A stretch of 64,000 nucleotides of DNA from Felis catus. Lineage: Eukaryota. The notes beneath the pieces were generated by a model. That model searched no databases. It saw nothing but the letters and a program-made list of their open reading frames with translations, and had not been told where the DNA came from. A program made the translations under genes and the position numbers. Every line of letters begins with the position of its first letter. Positions within the stretch are counted from its first letter, which is position 1. This document shows, in pieces, positions 26,621 through 39,369 of the stretch. The stretch covers positions 49,725,815 to 49,789,814 of the forward strand of contig NC_058368.1 in the NCBI RefSeq assembly GCF_018350175.1, given 5' to 3'.

Positions 26621-26781
26621 TGTAAATCCTCTCCTCCTTAGTTCAGACAAAGCACTACTGGACCATAAAACTAAACCTGTCAGTATCCCCAGCGCCATGT
26701 GTATTTCTGGTGAAAAAAAAAAAAAAATCAGTCTCTAACTGGCTTTAAGTCTTATGGTCAGTATTCCTCTTTCCATTTTTT

Positions 26782-27002
26782 TTTTTTAATTTTTTTTTTC
26801 AACGTTTATTTATTTTTGGGACAGAGAGAGACAGAGCATGAACGGGGGAGGGGCAGAGAGAGAGGGAGACACAGAATCGGAAACAGGCTCCAGGCTCTGA
26901 GCCATCAGCCCAGAGCCCGACGCGGGGCTCGAACTCACGGACCGCGAGATCGTGACCTGGCTGAAGTCGGACGCTTAACCGACTGCGCCACCCAGGCGCC
27001 CC
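26782..27002 (-). mobile_element. Very young felid SINE (SINEC_Fc-like)
   Basis: Intact A box TGGCGCAGTCGG and B box GTTCGAGCC, about 16 CpGs retained, perfect 16-bp TSD cctctttccatttttt (26766-26781, 27004-27019), TT/AAAA target. Confidence 0.96.
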
Positions 27003-27894
27003 ACCTCTTTCCATTTTTTAATGGCACAAAGTCATTTATTTCAGCAGAGAAATAACTTCAAAGTACTAAGTGTTCACTTATGTACATGTCTCACTTCTTC
27101 TTTGCTTTTGAAAGAACTCCATTCCAAAATGCAACTATTTCTTTAAATGGAAGGATCAAAAACAAAACACATTAATATGGTGGACTATACATATATTGTA
27201 TTATCTTTACATTTTTTTTAAATGGTAAAACAAATCAGAACCATTTCCTTATTTTTCCATGGTCTTTTCCCTCCTTCTTTTGCATTTTGGAATGTCAACA
27301 TGTGTATTATAAAATTGCTTCCAAAGTGACATGTTCAGGAAAAGTATTTTGTGCCAGAATTACCTCTATTGAAAATTTATGAAATTAAAAAACGAATAAC
27401 TAGGAAGGAAATACAATGTGGTGAATTCCCAATTATTTTTATATTGGTGTATTCTATATATACTTCCTATTACCAGTCACCAGTTAATTAAGAACCACAA
27501 TCCAAAAGGCACAAACGAGAGCTTTATAAGAAGAGAAAATATTCTATCATATTCTGTAGGCTGGGAGGCACTTCCAAGTCCTTCTGGACACAGCATCAAA
27601 TCCAAAGCTATGGATATGATATGAATGCTCCCACAAAGCTCCAAGATAACTTTTTAATACATCTTTGGCCGAGCAGTTAGAACCTTTACCACCCTGACTT
27701 TTTAAATTAACATTATATTTCTTGTGTTAACACAGAATTTTTAATGGATACTTGTCTGCTTTAGTAACAATTAATTTGCTGGATATTGTAAAAAATGGAG
27801 GTGTTTTAGTGATCACTCATAGGGACTCAATGTTAAGGTTGCAGTCATGTTTTATTCCACCTCCCCCCACCCCCACCACCAGGCAGCATAGATA

Positions 27895-28195
27895 CATTGT
27901 TCACAAAGCTAATAAGTGGAATTTAAGAAACAACAAAAGTGAATACAGGGTAAGGGGCAGGGCCGAGGGGGGGGAGGGGGAGGAGAGAGGGAAACAAACC
28001 ACAGGAGACTCTTCGCTATAGAGAACAAATTGAGGGTTGATGGAGGGAGGTAGTTGGGTGATGAGTATTAAGGAGGGCACTTGTGATGAGCACTGGGTGT
28101 TGTATATAAATGCTGAATCACTGAATTATACTCCTGAAACCAATATTGCAGTGTATGTTAACAAAATAAAACTAAAGAACAAAAACAAAAACAAA
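27895..28195 (+). mobile_element. Carnivore L1 3' UTR fragment
   Basis: gagggcacttgtgatgagcactgggtgttgtat...aattatactcctgaaaccaatattgca and A-rich tail. Confidence 0.85.
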
Positions 28196-29933
28196 ACCCC
28201 AAAAGGTGTTTTTCTGCTTAGCAGCAAACTGCCCCTCATCCTCCAGCCCCTGGGCACCCATCTAAAACGAGTAGCATCATAAAGGCCAAACAAATGACTA
28301 ATACTGATTAAAGCTATATCTAAATCACAATGTTTTACAATTCAAGATAGAAACAAGACTTGATTAATGTGATATAGCACCTATTTCACAGAAATCTGAA
28401 AAAGTGTTCTCTTTGTAAATGCCTCAGGAAAGACTCGTGGAACAACACAGTGATGAAACTTAAGCTTTTCCCACAGGATCCAAAGTATAATTTACTCATA
28501 ACTGCATCAGGTACACTAATAGTTTATGTAAGTCCTGACTTTCAACTAGGTACGATCCTATCATTCTTTGGAAAATCTATACTAATTAAATAAAACTGAT
28601 ATTGAACTATTCTAGTGGAAAGCAATATATAGCATGTGAGCTATGAGTCGGAGATAGATTAATCAGTGGAACAATGTGTAAAACAAAAAGAAAGAATGAG
28701 AGAAACAAGGAGTTTTATTTCCTAAGCTCTACTTTGAATATACATTTTTAAAAGATTAAGTTCTTTACACTGGAATTTAAAGTATCTCTGGGTGGCTAGC
28801 TCATTTGCTTACTCACATCCCTAAAACCTAAGATTAAGGAAATAATACTAAACAAGATATAAAACATCCCTAGGGCTCAATCTAACCATATGCAAAATAA
28901 GGAAAGTCCAGGCCAAATGATCTCTAAGGTAATAAACAGACCTGTTTTTATGCCTGTAGAACCTAGAAGGACACACAGTAAAACTAACACTTCCATTAGG
29001 GTTTTAAAAGTAGGTAAGAGTCTTACACCCAACCATTAAAAAGTGTCAATCAATTACAAGTCTCAAACAAAAAGTCATTTTTTATCTTATCAATGTGTCC
29101 AAAATGATTTCCTTTTTTCTCCTCTCTTTTCTCCTTTTTTTTTTCATTCTAGTCCAATCTTTAAACACTGTGTCTTCACTGTAGCTAGAAAGAAATCCAA
29201 ATGTTAGTGGCTCCAAACAGAAAGATGGGCATGTCTGTTTTTCACGGGATTCCTGATACAAACTAAGTATAGAACCTAAAACAAAGCCAAGAATAATTAT
29301 TTCCAGTTAAGTTGTACAGCAATAATTTTGGATGTTTACCACAAAAAGCATGCGAGTTGAGAGGAAGAGATATCACTACAGATGTGGTCAGACTTCCATA
29401 ATAAGGAAGTAGGTGTTTTCCTGTGCCCAGACCAATGGAAGGTTTGACAGGCCTCAGCAGTGTCTCAAAGTAACCAATTTATCAAGAATTAAGGTGAATA
29501 GAAACAGATTAACAATCCTCTTTGGGTGAAAACTAGATTAAATTTTATGACCTTGTTTCTTTTAGGATGCTCATTTCTGCATCTTCTTGAAATAAACTCC
29601 TTATATGTACATACATACCTCCAAATGAGCAAATTCATGTCTATTAATTCAAAATTAAAATCAGGCTTTGCTTGAAGGCCATGGCACAGTACTAAGGAAT
29701 TGTCAGCACGGAATAGAGTAGAAACAGGATTTCTGTTTGCAATCAACATTTTATATGATTATTTGTGATCTTTGATTACACCAGGCATCACATTTTCGCT
29801 ACGACAGAACCCCATAGCACCAGAATGTTGGCATGCATTCAGGAGACAGCCAAAACTGTTTTTTAACTGACAGTGATATTCAGGTGGAAGAATTTATGAA
29901 TTTTTATAAGAACATATTTAGACCTCTAATCAC

Positions 29934-29957
29934 CTTGATTCTGAAGCAGTGTCCTGT
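29934..29957 (-). CDS. TBC1D4: TBC1D4 exon 12, 24-nt alternatively spliced microexon; not in ORF track
   Basis: Minus strand TTCCTTCTTTTCCTGTTGGACTAG|ACAGGACACTGCTTCAGAATCAAG|GTGATT encodes (R)QDTASES(S), the known linker between ...YENEI and DGEGRKR...; phase 2/2; TGCTAAT branch-like motif about 30 nt upstream. Confidence 0.94.
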
Positions 29958-31339
29958 CTAGTCCAACAGGAAAAGAAGGAATGACATTAGCATACAGAGA
30001 GAGATATATGACCAAAATCAGGATTTTAGAATAAAAAGGCATTTCCATTAGTCATCAATAAAGCATAAAGTTATTTCAGTAATGAATTGTGAATGATAAT
30101 ATTTTTATCAGTGAACACAAGAGAACTATGTGGAACCAAAATTGTACTACAAAGTACTTCAGCAAAAATCTTATTTTCTCACTGAAAAGTCTTATAAGTG
30201 AATAGAAGTAATGACTATCATTTTACTTTTGACCAATTAACTTCAATATAAATGTTTTCTTGGTTAAAGGCTTAAATGCTGAGAAAAAATTATAAGGAGT
30301 GACAAAGATGCCTATTGATAGAAAGGATGTATCATATTTGATAAATATTATATAAATGTACTAAATCATCACAGTTATGGTTCAGCTACTAAACAATGAA
30401 ATGACATTAAATTTTTAAAAATTAATTCAAGGCAAAACAAAACATATGCTTATTCCCTTTATCATTTCAAGGCTGTGCAGATAAACCTACTAATCAATAA
30501 ACCATATTAAAAATATCTGATTCCTTTTTCTCAGCCTACTTAAAAACAGTAACCTGACATGTTTTTAATAATTCAGAATAGAGGTCCTAGAGAAGGATGC
30601 CTAATCTGAGTTTCAAATTTTCAATTTAATAGGCTTTTTAAGAAGTAGTATATATTAGCCTATATGCTAACATACTCTGTACCTTATTTGACTGTGCATA
30701 TTTAGAGATTCACTCTATACAACTAATAAGATGCGAGGTACTCAAGTGAAAAGAAAATTGTAATTCATAGTATTCTGAACCTCATTCCTCTCAATATTCT
30801 GAATAGTTCCAGATATTACGGTAATTGTGTGTGCTTCATGTTCTCTCTGAAAGGCGTGATGAGAAATGTAGATTCAGAAATCACTGAATTAAAACCATGC
30901 TCTTGAATATCCTCATTCTTAGGAAATACATATTAAAGTATGCAGAGTATTAATGTATGAATGGAAGTAACCTATTTACAAATGACTTAGAATAAAGAAA
31001 TATGTACTCATATATGCACGTGTGTGTGTACACATATACATATAATATGTGAGTAAACAGAAGGAATGATAAAGAAAATGTGGAAATTTTAAAAAATTGA
31101 TGAATCTGGATAAAAGGTTTTCAGGAGTTCTCCAAATTTTCTTTAACTCTGAAATTATTTCAAAATACAAATTGAAAAAAAAAACCCTGTCCCAGATTGT
31201 AACTAGTAATTTATGTCTAAGTGACTTACTAGTTGAAATAAACTTATTAATAGTGAATTTTGTCCAACAATTTTACTACTGTGTACATAGTCCTTAGTAA
31301 TGGACAGATATGCTAATATCCAGGACAACTAATAATATC

Positions 31340-31700
31340 CAGGATAGCACTCTTTTAATGACCCAAAACTAGAAACAACCCACATATTAAGTGGAATACT
31401 ATACAGCAATAAAAAATAAATGAACTGAACTACACATAAAATGGGGATGAATCTCATAAAGTAATGTGCAATGAAAGAAGCCAGAGTAAAAGAATGTATG
31501 CTGTACCATTCCATTTATATAGAGTTCAAAACCAGGCAAATATGAACAATGGTATGAGTGATCAGGGGGAAGGGAAGCGATTGGGTGGGAAGAGGAGAAG
31601 AACCGTGAGAGTACTGATAGCATTCCATTTATTGAGAGGTGGTGACATGGGAGCATTCACTCCGTGACAATCCACTGAGCTGTATGCTCAGGGCTGGGGT
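31340..31700 (+). mobile_element. Ancient L1M 3' fragment, followed by a SINE insertion
   Basis: aatggaatactatacagcaataaaa-like and atgaatctca...aaagaagccaga motifs of old L1 3' ends. Confidence 0.65.
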
Positions 31701-31707
31701 ACTTGCC

Positions 31708-31936
31708 TTTTTTTTTTTTTTTAAGTTTATTTATTTTGAAAGAGCGAAAGAGAAAGAGAGAGAAAGAGAGAGTGCATACACGAGTCAGGGAGGGGCGGAG
31801 AGAGAGAATGCCAAGCAGGCTCTGAGCTGACACAGAACAAAGCCTGACTCGGGGCTCAAACTCACTAATTGTGAGATCATGACCTGAGCTGAAATCAGGA
31901 GTCAGACACTTAACTGATTGGGCCACCCAGGCAGCC
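31708..31936 (-). mobile_element. Can-SINE
   Basis: T tail, GA tract, gccacccaggcagccc head. Confidence 0.92.
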
Positions 31937-32729
31937 CTGATTGTTATACTTTTCTATAAAAATGAAAATTTTAAGTTTCTTTTTGGCCTGCTGGGTCTAT
32001 GCTGGTCAAATTACCAATAAACAAACAAAAAAAAACTGTACAGAAAGTACAGAAAAATGTACAAGAAAGTGCTCTCTGATTTTTTCGCTATTCTTAGAGC
32101 CAAGAAAATATTACAAAGTACAGAAAATGGGATTATTTTTAATGATCCTACAAATTTAAAAGTTCTCCATATGTTTAAATATATCACTTCAAGTAAGATA
32201 GCTACAAAAAGTGAAAATTTTCAATGCAAAACTAAATGCACTTACCCTCTGACTTTAATATCCTTCTTTAGAATGAGATACAGAGGACTAGGAAGCTTTG
32301 AGCAGAATAATGCACACACTTAAGCAAAACTACTGAAGACAGATATGTAACACACTACAATATAAATAATCTAAAAAAAAAAAAAGCCACTGTTTTGGCG
32401 TTCTGCATTCTGTTCACAGCTAACCTTTGACCTTCTCAATGAGTTTTCCTAATTGTCACTTTTGGGCAGGGTTCTGTTTCCAGAAGAAAACTAGGATTGC
32501 CCAGATGCTCACTTTAACTAACATAACAATAAGAAACTGCCAGTATGTTTCATTCAAAGTGCTGTACTCTTATTAATAGGTAGTACTATAGACATAAGGC
32601 AAACTGATATTTTTATATGTGTACATTCTTGGTTCTCTCAATTCATGGCATAGTCCATATATACTACACTGTTTTTTGTAGCTAATTTCTTTTCAATCTT
32701 CTCCCATAAGGTTGTCCCTGAAAAATCCC

Positions 32730-32848
32730 TTATTTACTTTTTTATATTTATTTTTTAAGTAATCTCTACCCCCAAAGTGGGACTCAAACTCCCAACCCCA
32801 AGATTTAAGAGTTGAATGCTCTACCAAGTGAGTCAGCCAAGTGCCCCC
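32730..32848 (-). mobile_element. Short Can-SINE variant lacking the CT tract
   Basis: aagtaatctctacccccaaagtgggactcaaactc...tgagtcagccaagtgcccc. Confidence 0.8.
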
Positions 32849-34151
32849 TCGAAAAGCCCTTTAAAATCAGTTCTTCATTCATTTTCTTCACTAGAAACTC
32901 AATGTATGAACATGACTTTGTACTAATTCAGAGGAAGTTCAGATCCAAAATTTTTTAAATCCAGTATTATCTTTCTTAGAGTGAAGATAATTGGCACACA
33001 TAGACAAAAGATACTCAGAGATCATTCAAAAATTAGTCTAATTTAACCAGTTGCTGAAGGTTACCTAGTTAAATGCTAACTTTTGGGATTTCCTTAGTCT
33101 AAAAGAAATGGGGCCAAAAAGAAAATCTTAGTGACACACAGGCTGGTTACAACAGGTATTCCTCTCCTTGACTGCAAGAATTGTCAAATATCAAATGACT
33201 AGGAACAACCCAAGTCTATCAGCAAGACAGTGGATAAACTGTAGTGTATTAAATGGAATACTATACAGCAAAAAAAAAAAAAAAAAAAAAAAAGAATGAG
33301 TCAAGCAAGCTACACCGAAGACTGGAATGAATATCACAAACTTCTAAGCCAGCAACAATCCCTTTAGAAGAATCCCCAAGCTAACGCAACACTTTTCAAA
33401 GGCTATCGATATCCCACTAATAATTTGAATAATCAGTAAGATGTCATAATTTTAAATTTTTTAAAAAGGCAATTCTCCAAAAATCACTACATCTAATTTT
33501 GTGTACTTAAAAGCACAAAGATTTTAAAAGCTATACATTTTCAATACTGAGAACAAAACAAAATCAGATAACTAACTACAAGACTCAAGAAATCCTTCAT
33601 GCTATCTGAAAGAGTTGACATCAACATGATCCTGTACCCATTATGTATTTTACACTGAGTTTTAGAGAAGTAAATCTATGTCATAGAAAAATCAAAGAAA
33701 TGCCTAGGAAATATTCTATATACTTAAAAACTAAAGATATCTTTATCTATCACGTTAGTACAGTTGGCTTATGGATTCCGTATCATATGTCCAAAGAGGC
33801 TAAGAAGAAAAAGCACAAACGGAGGAGATTTGCTTAGTATGTATTAGCACCAGGTCTTGTTGCAAACAGTACAAAGCTTAGACTCTGGAGCGTACAGCAA
33901 AGAAATACACAGTACAAAAAGATATAATTCAAAAAGATGATCGTGTTATTAAAGGCTTTGAAACACTGGTTTTAAAAGTTTTCTTGATAAAATTTATTGG
34001 AATTGAAGCCACTATATTAGAAATGGATTAGAACAAGCACAACATATGGATGCATAAATGTCACTCCAAAATTAATGAGCCACTTTTTAGTAACATATCA
34101 GCATATCACTGCAGAAAATTTTGCTTTGCAAACAGAGGACACTGATCTCAC

Positions 34152-34316
34152 CTGATTTCATTTTCATACTGTGGGGACAGTCTACCTGAATTCTGGTAAA
34201 AGCTTTTCAGGAAAGAGGGGGCAGTGAAGGAAGGGGCAGAGAAGGAAGTGTGAAGACTTGGAAGACTGGAGGAAGAATTACTCTCCTTGGGCATGCGCCG
34301 AACTGATGGAAGAATG
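34152..34316 (-). CDS. TBC1D4: TBC1D4 exon 11, alternatively spliced (muscle long isoform; AMPK site Ser704 equivalent in LHTSFSAP)
   Basis: CAG|(S)[54 protein letters not shown](R)|GTGAG; 165 nt, phase 2/2. Confidence 0.96.
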
Positions 34317-35836
34317 CTGAGTACAGAAAACACAGCAAATTTGTCTTAATTTATATTTTGGCAAAATCTTCATTCACTATGAAAAAGCATATAAACAGGT
34401 TCTTGCTATTAATTCAATCTTGCCTTTCAAAGCTCAGGGCTGGATCTTCTATGGAAAAAGGGAAACATGCAGTTGTCTGTTGAGATGACCATGACCTTGC
34501 TCACTCCTCACAAACTGAATTCCTCACCTGTGCAGCATGTCCAACCATACGTGTTTGTCTCTAAAACATTCTTAACAGTTTTAGGACAAACAGAGTTTAT
34601 TTTTATGTGCAAAAGATACTTCAAGGGGAAAAAAAGTAGGAAAGCAGAAATAATTACAGGAAACAAGTTCCTGTAAATGATTATCAGTAGTTCAAAGACT
34701 TAACTATTTTAAGTCTAAAATAATCTTTTAAATTCTTGATAATTTTTCCCGGAAAAAAGAGACTTCGTGCCTTGTGTAAATATAAATGAAGCAGTCATTT
34801 TTTAAAAAAATCTTGATATACACATGAATTGTAAATCTTTTTTAGAAAAGAAAATCTGAGAAAAATTAACTCTATTACTCTACTTTATTTTCATATATCC
34901 TAAGTATCTACCTTATTTTTAAGTATCAAATCAGTCAAAAAACAACACTGAAGATAAAATAGTATCCTTAAACTTAATGCTGATAACTCTGATAACAACT
35001 AATATAAAAATTCCTTTTACTTAGAGTTCTGGGTTGTTGTTTTGTTTTTCCCCAACTGGGATCACTATCGGACTCTGTTTCCTATATCAGACTCACAGGC
35101 AAACTAGAGAAACAAAATTAATTCTAGGATTTAAATTCTGACATGTGCTACACAGGAAGATGTGAAAGCACTCTACAATTCTGAGTTTACCTCCTTTATT
35201 ATATATTACCAAATGCCAAACAATTTTGTTGAATTATTTTTTAAATACCATATAAGATAATTTCTAATGGACACTCCTATCAATTATTATATATGTATTC
35301 TTCTTTACAGATATCACTTTATTCTAGATAAAATTTTTAATAACTTTCATTTTTGGCTTTAATTTAGTATAAAGTGTAGCCAAATTTTATGTCATGTAGG
35401 AAGATAGCTTAGGTGATTTTTTTAACCCTTGTATTTTATTATAGGCTAACAGGAAGTTCTACTTCTATGTACATTATTTTCAAATTTGCTGATTATGTTT
35501 CAGTAGAGTGGTCCTCAAGAAAACACTGAGTAAAATGTGTTGTCACCAAGTTTTTCAGACAAAATAAGTGTGTAATATCTTGTATTCTCCATTTTTCTGG
35601 GAAAAACAAAAAACTGTTTCTGTCCAAAATGCTTTAACTCTTCTCTCGGAGTGTACCTTAAATCCTGCCTTGTTTCTTTTAGTAACTGAAGTTTTTTACA
35701 ATTCAATTTATTTTTCTGGTCTTTCTAAAAGCGAACTGTTGGCAGCATGAAGTCACAACAAATCTTAACTGCACAGTGACCGTAACAGGTGACAGGAGAA
35801 TTTCATTTCACTTTCCAGAAAGAGTGTTGGACTCAC

Positions 35837-36063
35837 CTGCACTGTTCGCTGGAGCTCTGCCTCAGAAGAGGGGAGCGAACACCGTGAGCTCTCCCATCCT
35901 GTAAATTCAGCTTTCTCTTTGTGCTCGAAGGTGGGTGGCTGAACGTGTGTGCCCGTCTTCGAAACTGTGGGGAGTCAGAATCCTCTTCAGGGAATGTCTG
36001 CCAAGCTGAGGACAGTGGGGAGGCTGGTGGTGTCCCTGGTGGAGAGTCTCCCGGTGAATAGTC
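35837..36063 (-). CDS. TBC1D4: TBC1D4 exon 10 ([10 protein letters not shown], Thr642 equivalent Akt/14-3-3 site)
   Basis: [19 protein letters not shown]...[13 protein letters not shown]...[14 protein letters not shown]; 227 nt, phase 0/2. Confidence 0.97.
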
Positions 36064-37382
36064 CTGCAAAGCAAGCAGAAGTGAGGTCTTTCTTTCCTAC
36101 ATGGATCATGGCAGACCTGCTTCAACACACAGCTCAAAAGTGACAGGGAGCCTCTTCTTCCTCCTGAGTCATGACAAAACTTTTTTTTTTTTCACTCAAT
36201 CCATGCTGAAGGCTAATCAGTATCACCACAACCCATTTCTTCAGATAAGCAGCTGTAACACAGCATCCGTCAAGATAGGCAGAAAGAGAAAGGAATGATA
36301 AGAAAAAAGTATTCTTTCTCCTAACACTTTGTGGTAAAATGCTATAGCTGCTGTACTTTTCTCATTGTTGCCAGAAAGATGAAAAGGGATCATGACCAAA
36401 AAAGGGTGGAGTCTGGATTTACATATCTACTGATTTCCGTGACATATCGCCTGCATGCTTCCTGTACTGTCAAAACAATATCGTGATGCCTGAGTATCCA
36501 AGTTTCATAGCAAAGCCTTCAGGAAAATAAAATAAAGCCTGTTCAGTATCTTCATTCACTGTGGATATTTCTATCCAATGACAAGTTCCCTGAGGTAAAA
36601 TTTTTTTAAAAAACATGAAAAACAGGAAATGAATGAAAAGTGAGCTATGCCGGAATGCCTCTCCTATTGCATGGGTGGACATCATAAATCTTTCAATTTA
36701 GACAGGTATGCTGTTTATACTTTCCAAAACAGGCACCACTGTAGAAATGTTTAGCTTGATAAACATGGGTTAGGGTTAAGACGCTCATAGTGAAACCAAA
36801 TCCCCACTTCTATCAACACAAAGTTCAGTAAAAATATTTTAATATTTTCCATTTAAAATAGGTTGCATATACCTCGGGTGACATATTGCCTGATACCTAC
36901 TGAGAACTATCTAGGAGATAACAAGGAACCTAATGTTACAGTTAAAAAAAAAAATGGGGGGAGCAGTAACATGACAGAACAAAAGATAAAAAGATCACCA
37001 CACAAGTGCAATAATTAGATGACTTATTTTTCTGTGGCTTTGGATCAAAAGTTGCTCAAATACTGTGTTCCCAAGCGTACCATCTCCAAAACAGCAAAGA
37101 GCCTGACAGAGCACCATTAGCCTGGAATAGGTGTTCTGCGCTAACATGAGAAAGCTGCAGTGGAAGAGAGCAACGTAATAATATCCATAACCTTCTTACT
37201 TTAAATAACAGTATTTTTCACTTATTTTAACATTAATCTAATATTTTAAATTTAATTGTAACAATAACATTTGTTAAAGTCACAAACGACTCATCACAAA
37301 ACAACTAAGCGATACTGCCATATCAGCGCTGGTTTTTGCCAAGTTGCAATCAGCAGTAAAAACAGGAGCTCAGACGAGATAC

Positions 37383-37457
37383 CTTCTCTGAAGCAAGACT
37401 GTTGGACCGTTCAAAGCTATCCATACTTCCAAGCCGGCCTCTCATTCTGTTAGCTCC
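37383..37457 (-). CDS. TBC1D4: TBC1D4 exon 9 (RGRLGS, Ser588 equivalent); not in ORF track
   Basis: [33 protein letters not shown]; 75 nt, phase 0/0. Confidence 0.96.
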
Positions 37458-37879
37458 CTGAGTGAAGAGAATAAAATTCAGTTGTTCATGCAGTTTGAAT
37501 TTTTACTTTAAAAACCATAAAAGGCAGTTGCTTCTTTATACTAGCATTAAACTGATCCTTTTGTGTTTCGCTCAGATTCATTGGCAGTATTAACAGCCTT
37601 GCCTGCACAGTAAACAGAACTTATACACAACCTATTTGCACTGCTTCTAAATCAGTCATTGGATAACTAGATACTCTGATCAAGGTTTTTAAAGTTACTC
37701 TGGTTACAAGGTTAAACATTCTTCATCCATAAGATCAGGAAAACCCCATAAGATCAGAGACAGCCCCATTCACTTTATGTCTCATACAGATAAACATAAC
37801 CGTGGAAGGCAGAACACAACAAACCACAACAGTTATAAAGAAAAAGGTGAAAAAAAAAAAAGGGGGGGGGGGGAGTTGG

Positions 37880-38074
37880 TGTTGCGCCTAGGTGGCTCAA
37901 TCGGTTAAACATCTGACTTCTACTCAGGTCATGATCCCATGGTTTGTGAGTTCAAGCCCCACATCAGGCTCTCTGCTGTCAGCATGGAGCCTGCTTCACA
38001 TCCTCTGTCTCCCTCTCTTTCTGCCCCTCCCCCCTCCCTAGCTCTCTCTTTCAAAAATAAACATTAAAAAAAAA
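37880..38074 (+). mobile_element. Can-SINE
   Basis: gcgcctaggtggctcaatcggttaa head and A tail. Confidence 0.9.
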
Positions 38075-38169
38075 GTTTCAAAACATCCAACCTCCACAAC
38101 ACCTAGATTACAAACAACATAGTTCACATTATAGGATTATAATAAACCAGTTTTTAAAAACTCCATTTG

Positions 38170-38325
38170 AGGGCTGCCTGGTGGCTCAGTTGGCTAACTG
38201 TCCAACTCTTGATTTCAGCTCGGGTCATGATCTCACGGTTCATGGGTTCAAACCCCGCATCGGACTCTGCACTAACGGTGTGGGGCCTGCTTGGGATTCT
38301 CTCTCCCTCTTTCTCTTAAAAAAAT
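38170..38325 (+). mobile_element. Can-SINE with shortened 3' part
   Basis: gggctgcctggtggctcagttgg head; abbreviated CT tract. Confidence 0.88.
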
Positions 38326-39369
38326 GAGCTAAGGAATGCAAATTACAAACAACTGCATCATAAAATGTATAGATTCAGCTTCATTCATTCTTCCATATGA
38401 AAACTGCGTCAATAAAACATTTCTCTCTAGAAATGCTAGACTATCCGTCAGTCTGCTTCAAGACAGGTGAACTGGTTTTTGTGGGGTTTCTTTGTTTTTT
38501 GTTTTTGTTTTGTTTTTCTGTAGTTGTTTGGTCTGGATTTCATAGATGATCTAAGAAAGAGGAACTGAAGAGATCATCTCATCTATTACATATTCTACTG
38601 TGATTACAACTACTATCTTGTACAATCTGTTTTTCATGTAGTCAACAAGTGCCTCAGCAGTTACTAGTTTATCATGAAAGTCAACAACAGAACTCAGTAT
38701 GGCCAAACATCACATAATCCATCAACTGCCATTTTTTTTCTTTCTCTTTGAGCTACCCATTATAGAAACCTCTGCCTTTTTACCTTACTCTGGACAGGTT
38801 GCAATTTAGACTTGCCAGTATTTTCCTTTACTATCAACCTAGACATTTCTTTTAATACTACCCGATGTTGAAATGTGTCTGTGATCTTATGTCTTCCTCT
38901 TTTTTACTTCCTCATTTTGGTGGAGTGCATACTCCAGGTGCCTTCTGAGAAAGGGAGACTGGGGTATTTTCTCGTTCTGTAACTCCTACCACTCGGCGTT
39001 TGGATCTTCAGACTGATCCTTTTTTCACCTTGTCCTCCTATTCTCCATTTCCAAGAAACAGAGTTTCTTGGAAAAGTTTTCCAACTCTAGCTTCCCAGAC
39101 TTCTGTTGAATTTTTCTTTGGATGTCTACTACCAGAAAGTTTTAACAGTTCTTTCTTGTTCACCCAACTGGCTGCTGATTCAATTGTTCACTCAGGTGAC
39201 TCTTGTTCTCTCTCAACTGACTCATTTATATGTATGGTATCCTACACCTGGTTTCATAGAAACAATACTTATTCTTATCTACGTATATCAATTATAGTTT
39301 TCTATTTCTGTTGGCACCTAAATAACAATCATATCAACAGTAAAACTGATGGCCACATAAAATATCAGT

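Noticed and set aside
26930..27002. Possible tRNA gene (A and B boxes)
   Set aside because: tRNA-derived SINE head with CT tract, A tail and TSD; not a tRNA
26799..27055. ORFs MERGGAPGWRSRLSV... and MGQRETEHERG...
   Set aside because: Translations of the two strands of a young SINE
27954..27991. G-quadruplex-like G runs
   Set aside because: Part of an L1 3' UTR, where such tracts are standard, and on the strand opposite the mRNA
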